DNA of 33,000 nucleotides from Camelus dromedarius. Lineage: Eukaryota. The stretch spans positions 74,772,001 to 74,805,000 of the forward strand of contig NC_087436.1 of assembly GCF_036321535.1 (NCBI RefSeq), written 5' to 3'. Under the pieces are notes generated by a model. It saw only the letters and a list, made by a program, of their open reading frames with translations, ran no database searches and had not been told where the DNA came from. Position numbers and translations under genes: made by a program. Shown piece by piece: positions 10,698 through 22,102 of this stretch; position 1 is the stretch's first letter, and the number at the start of each line of letters is the position of its first letter.

Positions 10698-11789
10698 GAA
10701 AGGCTCTGCCAAGGCCAATATAAAATGGAAATGATCCCTTATCCAAATGGAGGTCCTGCTTGTAACTGACTTGACCAGCATATACGCCACTTTCTAAAGG
10801 CAAGGTGGTGCTCTCAAGGAGTTTGTCATGAGTAACACAAGTCAAGAAAAGTTAGGAAGTGACCACCACTTCTGGGATTTCTATCCAAAAATGATTAAAG
10901 TTTGCAAGGAAGAAAGAAGTTTAAAATGAAGTGGAAACACAGCCAGAAATGGAGGATTAGCTGAGTGATGTCATCGTTAGTAACACCAGCCCTTGTGCTA
11001 GCATTGGGGGCACAGAGTAGCCCAGGGTCCTGTAGCCTGGACCCAGTGAGCCTCCAGCTAAAGGGAACAGATCTGAATCCTGGCCTCTCTGGTCAGTCTG
11101 AGTTCCTCTAGCCACTTTTTTGATACTTATTGATTAGCTTCTTGAGGCAGAATGAGGATCCCATTGGGGGCCACAAGTAGATAATTACACCCAGGAAAGT
11201 CACAAGTTGATTTGGTTCAATGGCAGAGAGAAATGGCATATGGTAGAATGAGTAGACTGGAACCAAAGAATCCAAAATAATTGGTCATGAGCAAATACAA
11301 GGTGGTAACATGGCCAATAGTCTCTATGTCTTCCAATCCTAATATTGCACTAACTTTTGAAAAGGAGGAGCCACACACCTCAGATGTGACATCAGTATGG
11401 AGTAAAGTCAATATCCATAGTGTTAAGGTAACTTAGGAGCTGTGCCCCCTCCCCTCTTCTGCCTTAGATGAATGGTCACCTTCACTCTGAATGGAATAGC
11501 CTGGTAACAACTGTAGGCACGTACAAGCTTATTTTCACAGCTGAGTGTATTGTACTGCTTTAGTCTTTCCTTGGGACCCTGAAATTCTATAGTGTTTTCA
11601 TCGTATAAAATGCATGTGTCAAAGTGAGATTCGATAAGAAAATTTTTCGGAAAAAAAGGAAACTGAGAAGGAGCTGGAGGATTCTAGGAGAGCCACTAGA
11701 AAAATGTAAGCTCGACACTGAAGGAAAGAAGGAAGAAATGTTGGGTAGGAAGTGGCTTAGACAATGGCTCGATACTAAGTGCCTTGGCA

Positions 11790-12088
11790 AGGTCAAGAAC
11801 AAGTAACAGCTGAGAAATCACTCCTCCGAGGAGCCTTAAGTCTCCCAGGGACGGGCCTTCTCCAGTGTCCCTGCTGCACTCGGCTGCTGGTTGGAAACAG
11901 CCCATGGGAGGTGTGGCATTCTGATGGCCACTGCAGTCTGCCCCTTGTGCTCACAGATCCTGCTTCTCTACCCCGGTCCACAGAGCAGCAACATCATGGT
12001 TCCCACAGGCCTCTGTTTCAGAGGATGTGCCTGGGAGGAAATAGAGCTCCCGTTGCTGGAGCTGATCTTGGGACACAGCTGATGCCCA
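11790..12088 (-). mobile_element. Possible degraded ERVL-class LTR next to a polypurine-tract-like run (12089-12108)
   Basis: 'ctgctggttggaaacagcccatgggaggtgtggc' resembles antisense LTR16-group sequence. The minus-strand purine run gaggggaggagggagaaga is followed by TG, at the 3' end of the ERVL internal relic. Confidence 0.35.
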
Positions 12089-12139
12089 TCTTCTCCCTCC
12101 TCCCCTCTGCACTGTAAGTTCTCTTCACTCTTGGTTTCA

Positions 12140-13200
12140 CCTTATCTGAAGGTTGGTGGCTTATCTGGTGTGACCAGAACCATCATCCTAAAAGGTCTGA
12201 ATCTTTACTATTCATACCCTTTCAAGCCTGGGCTGCTGTGAATGTATCAAGTATGATGGGGCAAGGAAAGAAGTGTAAGGATATGGCCAAGTGGATGACC
12301 TATGTTCCACACTCGTGCTTACCTGCTCCCTTCATGTAAAAGTAGCCTGATCACCTGCTGATCAGAATCAGTTTTCCCTGCAACTATGACTAAATGTGAT
12401 TCAGTAGGCCAACTGGAGTGATCGAGAATGGGACAATTCTAGCCTCCACCTCCTGATTCTTGGACCCAAGGAGTCCTCCTCTTAGGGGTAGAGTATACTG
12501 ATATCTTTTCAGTGTAAAGGCTATGTCCTGAAAGAAGACAACCTAAACTTCATAGCCTAATTGATTTAGTGCTTCTGCCATGCTTTCTGAATGTTCTTCC
12601 AGCTTTCTGAGAAGCTAGATGCTTCTGAAAGGCTGTATGAGATGTGATGTGAAGAGTGGGACCCCAGGATCAGAGGGCCCATTCCACACCTCCTTTCTGT
12701 GATGTGAGTCCACTGGCCAAGTGCTTTGTTCCGTGGTTCCCAGGCCTATAGATGGAATATGGCAGAAGTCACCAGAGTGGTAATGTTTGAGGCTCTGCAA
12801 GCGGGAAAGACAAACCCATAATAACATTAGGTATCTATTCCTACGAGGTTGAATTTCTGGCTTTTCTAGAATGGAAGGGGCTTAATGTGGTCAAAATGGT
12901 CAACTTGGTAGCAAGTAGCAAGTTGGTCTCCTTAACAAACAGTGCCACATATGGGATTCAACAGTCATCTCTGAAGGTTGGCCATTCAGAGGCAGCAGTG
13001 GCTAGATTCTTTCAAAACTGGCATTCAGTGTAGTTGGACATGTATGCAGCCTCCATCCCTGCAGCCACGGCCACTGCGTTTACTTGCCCATGGGCTGATG
13101 AAGGCCGGCTGCTAACTGGCAGAGCTACTTTGTTCAGTTGCTCAGTGCCAAGCCTGTGCTCAGGGCCTGTGGGTGTTAACATGTGACTTGAAAAATCTGC
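12140..13200 (-). mobile_element. ERVL-type pol relic (integrase core and downstream region)
   Basis: Minus strand FDHIKPLPF (compare ERVL VDYIGPLPS); 'tggccagtggactcacatcacagaaaggaggtgtgg' (compare DQGTHFTAKEV); 'ctccacctcctgattcttggacccaagg'. Heavily decayed. Confidence 0.75.
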
Positions 13201-13880
13201 ATATCTTACACGTCCATATGCCTCTTCCTAGACCTCCTCCTTTGATTCCTCAGTCCCTTTTCATCTGGACCTGGACTAGATGGCCAGGCATGGGCCGCTG
13301 CCTGGGGCTCAGTATAGACTCACCTTGGGCCACTTATTCCACTTACGTTGACGTGTAGCATGGCAGCTGGGACTGTCAACTACCCTCCCCTAAGTAGGGG
13401 GTCTGTGAGGCATGTCTGGAGGGAGCAGAGTTCATCTACCCATTCAGATCAATAAGATGCTCTGTATTTATAACAAGTCTTGTATCAGAATGTCTACTTT
13501 CCATGTGCAGTCACTCAGGAACCATCTTTACCCCAGCTGACAAAGAATCGAGCTTATACTCCATATGAAAGCAAGCCTGCACCTAAAAGCTGGACAGCAC
13601 TTCTGTAGATGCCGTCACCTGCCTCATTTGACCAGAGAATTAAAAAAGCATGTTAAAACTTGTGCTGATTTTTCTCAGAAAAGGTCTTAGGAATTAAGAA
13701 ACAATGAGGTTTCTGAGTTCATAGGATGTTGCTATTAATTTACTGTAAGATGTTTTATGCTTTATGAGACGAGGGTGGTCCTGAGTTCCTTTCACATCCT
13801 GGTGGTCAGTGCAGGCAGGGGAGTCCGATAAAGCCCAAGGGTCGTGTGGCATAAACTTACTGGGATTCAGTTCTCTGGAT

Positions 13881-13899
13881 TGGCCAGGAGATGGCAGCA
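13881..13899 (+). promoter_or_regulatory. CTCF-like motif (unit A)
   Basis: tggCCAGGAGATGGCAGca matches CCASYAGRKGGCRS at 13/14 positions; 16 bp are identical in unit B. Confidence 0.4.
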
Positions 13900-15129
13900 C
13901 TTGATCACACAGCGGAGCTCTGGTCCCTGAGATGTTTTGGGTTAGTTCAGCCGGGCAGCTTCACAGAGGGCTTGGGAGAAAGATCCAGCATTGATAGACC
14001 ATGAAAATGCTAAAGGATATTCTGTCTATACAACCCTGGATGGGGGCAGTTTTGGAGGAAAAGAATGGATTAAGCTAAAAGGAAAATGGATCTCAAGCAG
14101 ATAATGCAAAGCTGAAGGTCTTTAGCAGGACGAATACCTCTCTGAGGGAATAGACTCTGAAGGCCAGAGCAGGGCACTCGAGAGAAGCAGGAGCTAGCAC
14201 TTACCATGCAGCAGTGGGGCACCTGTGATGAGTGGATGGAGTTCATGGTAGTGGAGGATATCACATTTTCCAAAGTATGTGCTTGAGCAGCCTGATTCTT
14301 CCAAAAACTGACACTTGGACGGTTTCCTCTTAAATGTAGAAAAAAATGTGACACCAGAAGGAATTAATATGTGGCTACATGTCTTTCATGGTCTACTTTT
14401 CAGCATGTTTGTTGCATACAACTCTTCAAACATGGGAGTTTTTCTTGACTTCTAGGGCTCCTCTAATTTCCTCACATGGGGAGCATTTTGGATAAAGCAC
14501 AGCAAATTAAGCAATGCGAACATGAGAGTCAACCTTGTGGGGAAACAGAGACAACAGCTCAGCGCCATCCACCTCTGCAACTGTGTGCAGCTGAACTTAC
14601 TGGTGTCTCCCACAGGCTCCTTCTAGTGCATTTTTAGTTTGCATAGTGACTCTTGGGTAAAATGTACTGCCAATCATTAAAACAGACCGCAAATAGTGAG
14701 TACATATTATAAGGACTATCTCCATTGACCTTTGATTCAAAAGAAAATATTTAGCTCTTGAGAAGGTGGAAACTTAAGAATGCTAGTTTAAGTGCTCTAT
14801 ATAAGTTAGAGAAGTTCTTACAGAATCCTATGACTTTTTTTTTTTTACTGCTTGGGAATTATGGTCTAAATGTTACTAAATCTGGAAGTTATGGGTAACC
14901 ATCTTAAGGTAATTCAGCTTGGGTGTTGGACTAGGTGTAAACCCCAGTTCTAACCTGTCTAGTGTATTTTATAGCACCATTTATATGAGCAGAAAGTGGA
15001 TCTACATTTTTTCAGGTCTTACGGAAGATACAGAGGTTTAGAATGTCAGTTTCTGAGTGTTCTAGTGGTAGGAATGTGGTTATCTAGAAACTCCACTCTC
15101 TCTCCTCATGGTGGCTCTGTGTTGGGTCC

Positions 15130-15388
15130 TCCGTGGCATTGGGCCCACAGGGGCACTGGCATGTAAGTGACCTGTCAGAGTTGCCCCATGGTGACCTGAA
15201 ATGGCTGGCTTTTGCATGACTCTACAGTCAGTAATGGGGTGGGGGCTGTCAGGGGAAGAGCATGTCCTTGCAGCTGAAGCAAATCCTGAAGGAGGTTACA
15301 GCTGGAGGCTGCTGGCAGCGCTCTCAGCAGTGGGAACAAAAAGCCCTTCCTTGAAGTGGGATCTGGCGGTGCATTTCCAAGCCCTCCA
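15130..15388 (-). mobile_element. LTR16-like ERVL LTR, partial (unit A copy)
   Basis: 'gctgaagcaaatcctgaaggaggttacagctggaggctgctggcagcgctctcagcagtgggaac...gatctggcggtgca' resembles antisense LTR16. Confidence 0.7.
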
Positions 15389-15979
15389 TGTCCGGTGACT
15401 TGGTGAACGCGCCTGTTCTCCTTAGTCTCGGTCCTGCTCGACACATGCATGTGCTCAGCACAGCCTTCCTCCCGAGGGCCACTGCCCTGCCTACAGAGCC
15501 CCCGCGATGGAATCTGAGCATTAGTTACTGGATGCTGGTGAGTGAGAAAGAAGCCACAGGGGAACTAGTGTTAGTTCTAATCCAAGTTGGAATATGGAGA
15601 CTCACAGAAGAGCAGGATGTTATAAATTTCCATTCTTGTGACCTACTTAATGTTAGGGAATCAAGAAACTATGGCAGGAGAAACGAATCCGTAGGGTTCC
15701 AATTTTTGGGACTATTTTAGAACACACACACACCCGGAATGGTCTGTATTCCTCTCAAATGTCACTTCTGCAGCTTGTACAAGCTAAGATCGACATGCTA
15801 TTCTTATTGGCAGGTGGTTTTGGACTACATGGAAGATGTTTTTTTCCCTCTGTCTTTGGCCAAAGATAGGTCCAGACTCTAGGACTGTATGCCTTTGGCC
15901 ACTCAAATTTACACTCTGTATATTTTTCCACCTGGATGAAAAGCCTCTCTAAGGAAGTACAGCCAAACCAGGATTTCCC

Positions 15980-16290
15980 CCCGATCCTGGAGCTGAGCTT
16001 TTCCTGGCCCCTGGTCTGAGGCTCCTCAGTTTGGTGGGACGCTGTCCAGGCACGAGCAGTTCTGTGCAGCACTCTCTCAGGCACAGGGCGGAGAGGACTC
16101 AAAGTGGCTCTGCCTGCCGTGGGGCGGGATTTTAACCTGTGCTTACCTTGTTACAAGTCATCATGTGTGAGCCTGAGCCTTCAGCAGGGAAGAGCCTACA
16201 AGAGCTGCTATTGCTCCTGCTGCCTGGAACCGGGGCTCGGGGAAGCATGGAGGCCGGCCAGGGGCGGTGTGGGCTGGGCGTCTCCTAAGG
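15980..16290. promoter_or_regulatory. CpG-enriched segment with three GC boxes (candidate promoter)
   Basis: GGGCGG at ~16086, ~16122 and ~16262; about 11 CpGs in ~300 bp within CpG-poor flanks; minus-strand donor-like AAG|GTAAGC at 16147/16146. Confidence 0.3.
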
Positions 16291-16699
16291 GAAAGACTCT
16301 CCCAAATGAAGTCTGATTTTTCAATAGTAGCAACCTCCCAGACAGTGAAATCGGCTCCTGAGTTTAATGTTGTAGTAGGCCATGGGGTTCTGGGAAGCTC
16401 TGTGTTCATATAATGTAGGAAAACCAGCTTCTAGACCGCACATCCTGAATTGTGTAAAACCCCTCTATCCCAAGCATCACCTCCTTGAGGCTTTGTCCCT
16501 CCTCACAGATGAATACTTTGACACCATTCAACGATGTCCAAACTTGGGTCTCTAAGGTATGGCACTGAGTAAATAAGCCAAGAGACAATGTGCAAGACAA
16601 GTGATGGGACCTGGCGAGTGAGAAAGCATTGCCTACGTGGCACAGACAGCCGGTGAGATGGCCCAAATGATCCTCGCTCCTGGGAGCCAAGCCCCGGAG

Positions 16700-17030
16700 T
16701 CATCCCCTGCTCTTTTTCAAAATCTTCTCTTGAGCTGTGAGGAACTAAAGCTTACTACCAACCATGCAAGTTTGGAAGCAGGCATCTTGAGGTTGCCAGC
16801 ATCCACATGAGCGAACTTGAAAGCAGATCCCTCCTCACCTGTTGAGACATCAAGTGAAAATGCATCCCTGACTACCTTGATGGTGACCTCACGAGAAACC
16901 CTCAAAGCCATGTGGCTAAGCTGGCCTCCCGTCCTAACCCTTTTGACAGCCAACAAGTATTACCTCAGTTTCTATGCTGCTAAGTTTGGGCTTGTTTGGT
17001 AAACAGCAATAGAAAAGGACTGCATTTGAC
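16700..17030 (+). mobile_element. MLT1 (MaLR) LTR, 3' part
   Basis: 'ccaaccatgcaagtttggaagc...gcagatccc...ccttgatggtgacctcacgagaaaccct...gctaag...gctaagtttgggcttgtttggtaaacagcaataga' resembles the sense MLT1 3' end. Confidence 0.7.
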
Positions 17031-20000
17031 GGTCGGCTGCTGCTACCCAGCACGGGGGGTCCTTGCCATGTGGGAATGACAGCCATCCTGTTGGCCCATA
17101 ATAGCTCTAACCAAAAGCTGGAATTGTGGGGTTTTGTGTGAAACTTTAAATCGTAGGGGTCACGTGTTAGTAGGCCAGGTGTAGTCTTCAGACGTGATTT
17201 GTTTGACCCATTTAGCATCTTTAACAAACCAGTTCTATGTTCTTAGGCTTCTACCTACTGTGGGAGGTCAGGTGACAACATTAAGACCCACAACTTGCTC
17301 AGAATGAGACTGCTGGAATACCAGCCCACGTATTTTTGACTATGGTCTTTTTATTTTCAATTACCTCACTCCTAGTCTATGAAGAAGGTAAAGTCTACTT
17401 GGACCAAAATAGAATGGTGGCCTGAGTCAGCAAAGAAGTCTTGGCACTGCCTTCTGAAAATGGGTTGGGAGGTAGGAAGTTGGTATAATAGAACCTTCCA
17501 GAAAACAGACCAGGATGCCAAAGGTAGCAGGTATGCCAGGGCCTTGCCAGGGCATCAACAGCCTGAGATGTTCACCTTCCTGTACCGCAATAGACAGCCC
17601 TCCTGATATTTGTGATTTGTGATTTTTCCTTCTCTCAGCATGGGAGCTACCTCCTATTAGGCATGAGGGCAGTGCTGGCAAATAACACACATGGCTCACG
17701 TTCTCTATTTAAAATTGTCTAGCAGCCACAATAAAGAACTGGATGAAATTCAGAAGCTCTTGGATTTCATTAGACTTGTATTCAAGTTCCAGCTACTCTC
17801 ACTTGCTGGTTGGAATTCTAATGTTCATTTAGAATCTTGTGGCCTGGGACCCAGTTCCTGTCTACCGACGAGGGAACTGCCCTGTAGGCTTGCTGAGGAT
17901 CCGATCATGAATGACCCTTGCCTTCTGAAAATTTTCCAGCTCTTCGGGAACTTGGTTAATGTTCTACAAGGCACAACGAACTCCAAAGGTGCTTGTTAAG
18001 TGGCTTAGAGGCTTTTGAAAATTGAAATACTTGCTGTAAAATACTAGCTACAGGTGTATTACATAGTGATTTGACTTTTGCAGACATTGTGAAATGATCA
18101 CAATAAGTCTAGAAACCGCCTGTTCCCATTCAGAATTAATTTAATATCGACCATGTTCCTTAAGCTGTCTGTCATATCCCTGTGGTCTGATTAACAACTG
18201 GAGGTTTGTACTTCTCAATCCCTTTGGCTTAGAGGCTTTTTGGCCCTGAAGGGGTAGCGTTGACTGGCTGGGTGTTGACAATTGTTACTTATGTCACTTG
18301 GCTGAAGAAAAATAGCAGCTTATCCTGGGAACATGTTTGAGAGGTGACAGCAGGGGCTGATTCAGCTATGTAGGCAGCCAGCATACAAACAGGGAGAAGA
18401 GACAGAATGCCGGCAGCATTTCCAGATGTGAGGGCCCCTTAGTGTTCACTGAGGTAGGAAGGACCTGGAAGGGCAGTTTCTTGACTGTAAATGTCTCTAT
18501 GAGGGGAAGAATGACAAAAGCCAGCCTGCAGAGGAGGATGCTGGACATACTAGCCATGAAGTACAGGTCCCAACATGGGGGGGGGGGTCTATGTAGAATA
18601 TATTCAGGGAAACCTTACCCTTTTATTCCAGATCTAGAGTTCTTGGGAATTACATGGATTTGAAGTAGAAGAGAGGTATGTTAACTAGTGGTTAATTGCT
18701 GGATTCTGAACAGAAGGAACCTGATTCTCAGCCTCATGGTGAAGAGATGAGAAATAGATCTGATCTAGAGTTCAGAGCTCACGATGAGCTGAGCTCAGGT
18801 GGACCTGCCCCATAACCCTCGTCCTCTGCCCACACCTGTCAGGTGTGAGCTACAGACAGACAGGAAGTTTATACGTTTGTGTGCCTACCACGTGACAGTT
18901 CTAGAAGCCGAGATCCTTATACTACCCTCAACTTGTGTTGTACTGCTGAAGACCTTGCTGGGGTAGAGCTCATCCCAGCTGGGCAGTCTTTTACCCCTTC
19001 TGATTAAAAGAGCCTGTAGCACCAGATCAGGTTGGCGTGGTTGCAGAGGAGTTGTCTCAGAGGCACAGAAGGGGCTACTACTTGCAGTCCTCGACCATTC
19101 CCCGATTTTCTCTGCCCCAGGAGGCTTAGGATCATCTGAGCCATAGGTGTTCCTGGTCCCCAGGGACCATCTGTGAGGGAATCTCCTTACTGGATGAAGG
19201 GCATAGATTAATTTTGCTTTTTCCTATTTAAGATAAATGCTCTTAGGCTTCTATAAGGTATAACTTGGTGCTAAGATTTTAGGTAGTTGGTTCTAGTACA
19301 ATCCATATCAACTAATCTGAGTCTCTGGTAGGATGTTTGCATACTAATCCACAGACTGGAAACAGCTGTGGTCCAGTTACCTCTTTACCTCCCCTACCCT
19401 GGATATTTGTAGACAACTTTGATCTATATCTTCATCCTATTTGTCTGAAGGTTGAGGCTACTTACCATCAAGATTTCAGCTGAAATGTTGCTCCTCCAGC
19501 TTAAGTGGCTTGACTTCATTCCTTGCTTTATCTCTGTATGTATACCCACTTACTAGCTGTCATAATTTGTGACCATATGTTCATTGATAAGTTCAGTTGA
19601 CAACATGAGACAGACCAGATCTCTTAAGATAGTCAACTTTTTAACATGTAGCTCCAGGTTTGAAACAGATATTAACTTGCTGAACTAATAGGAAGTTGAA
19701 CACTAGATAAAATTCTTTAACAGCTTCCCTGTTACATGTAAGATATTGGTCTTGCTAACAAACTTGGACACCAAGGACTTTAAGTGTGGTGGGGTGACGT
19801 GAAGGTATGTGACATAATCAGACTTCCTCTAAACTATTCTTCATTTTGTAGCAATTGAAAATAGTTGGGGTTGTGGGCCAGGGAAACTGACTACTCAGTG
19901 CTGGCAGGAATAAGGAGTGGCTTGGATCAGGGTGACAGGATAGGAAATGGAGGCTACACTAATTACAGGAATGTCTAAGTTTGGTTGACAGTCAACAGAA

Positions 20001-20129
20001 TTTGAGGGTAGATGTGGCAGGTGTGGGAAAAGCCATTGATGGAACTCCTGGGTTTCTGAGCAGGAAATCTTGGTGAATGATGGTGTTATACACCAGGAGA
20101 AGGCATAATGGAGGGGATCTAGTCTCTGC

Positions 20130-20157
20130 AAACAAAACAAAACAAAACAAAAAAACT
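20130..20157. repeat. (AAAAC)n microsatellite
   Basis: aaacaaaacaaaacaaaacaaaaaaac; absent from the unit B paralog. Confidence 0.9.
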
Positions 20158-20949
20158 ATCCCCAACCACTTGATGATGGACATTTCTATAAGGTGAGAGA
20201 TTCGCCTGCAGTCCTTGATTGAATGAGACGTAAACCTGACTGAACCATCAGTTAATCGGCCAATACTGGATTCTCTTCCTGAGGGAAACCCCTCTGACTC
20301 CTTAATGTTACTAGGTCCTCTTTGCTGGACTAGTTCTCTGGAGTTGGACTTCACTTTACCACTATAATTGCACAGTGACTGTCACATGATTGTGCAACCT
20401 TTGGATGTCCTTGTGTTGGTCTCTGAGAGACTGTATCTGATCTCTCTGGTATCTGGGAGACTATTTGAAGGAATTGGAGTGTAATGGTAAAATGGTAGGT
20501 ACACTTTCTAATGCTTCTTCGTAACTTTCCATATAATTGAATTAGCAAAGGCGTGTATATCTTCCTGCAACCTAGCCAGAGCTGAGAAGTGTTCGCCAAT
20601 CCTTGGCACACTTTAATTAGAAATGAGAGCATATTACTGCTTACTCATAAATTGAGTATTTAAATGCTTAGTGGGTGCTTATTAAGTAACCCATGCCAGG
20701 TCTTTGACTTCTTACCTTTTTTAGTATTTTGTTCATAAGATTTTTCAGTATTAGGGATATTGGACCTCAGTTTATAACATACTTTATTCTAAACAACATT
20801 GCTTTGATCTCTCAATTCTTGCTCTGTGCCATCATGAATCTTTTTGAATTTTATATTCATCATGAACGATTACTCAGTGAAACTTAGTCTTTTTTCCCTA
20901 AGCGACCTGATGCTTCTCCTTGGAAGAAACTGTCTTTTCTTTGCAGAGA

Positions 20950-21434
20950 TCCTATGCATCTGCTTTCCACGAAGCAGAATCATATCACAGGCACTATTTT
21001 GTGTGTTACCCTTTAGAAAACCTGAAATGAGTCTCACTTTACTAAAATAGAGGTGAAGGCAGGGCTGCATTGTTTTCTGGAGCATCTCGATGGGAGATTG
21101 AATCTGTTTTTCTTGATTTCTCCAGCTATGATGACCTCCTGACCTCCTTGGCTCATGGCCCCTTTCCATCTTTAAAACCAGTGATAGCTAGTCGAGCCTT
21201 TCTTACATCTCCTCGCTCTGACATTGACTCTTCTGCCTCCCTCTTTCATGTTTGGATTTCTAATGACACATTCTGACCGGGAACATCTAGGATAATCTCT
21301 CTATTCTATGGTCAGATGACTAGCAACCTTAACTGTATCAGCAATCTTAACCCCTTCACGTGTAACCTAACGTAGTCACAGCTTCCACAAGGCAAGATGT
21401 AGGCATCTTGGGAGCTGTTATTCTGGGTACCACA
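20950..21434 (-). mobile_element. MLT1 (MaLR) solo LTR, unit A copy
   Basis: 'gaaatgagtctcactttactaaaatagaggtgaaggcagggctgc...ccttggctcatggcccc...tctaggataatctc...attctgggtaccaca' resembles antisense MLT1C/D/E-type sequence. Confidence 0.8.
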
Positions 21435-22102
21435 GAAAGGAATGGAAAGCAATGTTCACCTGGAAAAGGGCAGGTGCTCATGAAAGGAGTCCTTGAGCGT
21501 GGTCCACTACGTTGACACTGCCCATGGGATATACACTGGACACTCACACCTCAATAGATGCAAAGCCTAAAGGAACCAAGTGCTCACTAGATAGAGACTG
21601 AAAGGGGCAGATCTGAGAACCAGTGAGCTGATGGTTACTTTTGGGGAAAGGTAGTGTTTTTCCACTGATCTTTCCTTTCTCTGACCTATGAGCTTCCCCT
21701 GGAGTTTACATAAGCCGCCTACCTCTTATGTCAGGGTGCAGCTTGAGGTGCCACTGGACTTGTTGCTTCCTACCACTTCTGTCTGGATACAGACTAACAG
21801 GACTTCAGGACAAGTACTCAGGTCGTCCCTGTGGCCTGACCATGTCTCTCTCTTTAGCTTTCTATACTTGAACTTCAGTGTTCAAAAGCCTTTCTCTATT
21901 TAATGAAGTTGAAAGATCACTTTGATATGAGAGGCAAGAAGCAGACGTAGCCTGCCTAAATGTTTTTCGTAAAAGGGTAGGAAGAAGACATCCCCTGATA
22001 TCTCAAATGGACCTACACCCTTGAACCACAGCTAAATGCCAATTACCTGCATCATATCTGGCTTAAAACTTTTAAATAAGTCAATTCAGATTAACTCCTG
22101 CT

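Noticed and set aside
11590-11806. Purine-rich, lysine-rich ORF that looked like a processed pseudogene fragment
   Set aside because: No recognisable parent protein, poly(A) tail or TSD.
15440-15525. 'tgctcag...ggaatctgagcattag' resembling antisense mir-105
   Set aside because: The match is only ~13 nt, the loop is too long, the stem is poor, and the B paralog disrupts it.
19992-20354. 120-aa minus-strand ORF in the conserved block
   Set aside because: Runs through a microsatellite; the B paralog has stops and frameshifts; substitutions in this frame are mostly non-synonymous.
20635-20690. AT-rich hairpin-like segment (ttactcataaattgagta...aagtaa)
   Set aside because: Competing short stems with large bulges; the B paralog folds differently; no recognisable miRNA family.
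20761-20870. Minus-strand C/D-box snoRNA-like spacing (ATGATGA at 20857-20863 ... CTGAGGTCCA at 20761-20770, ~100 nt, reminiscent of SNORD116/113 ends)
   Set aside because: No proper 5' terminal stem, interior unlike those families, and neither box is preserved in the unit B paralog.
21375-21420. Hairpin acagcttcc...gggagctgt
   Set aside because: Lies inside the MLT1 LTR and is not conserved in the B copy.
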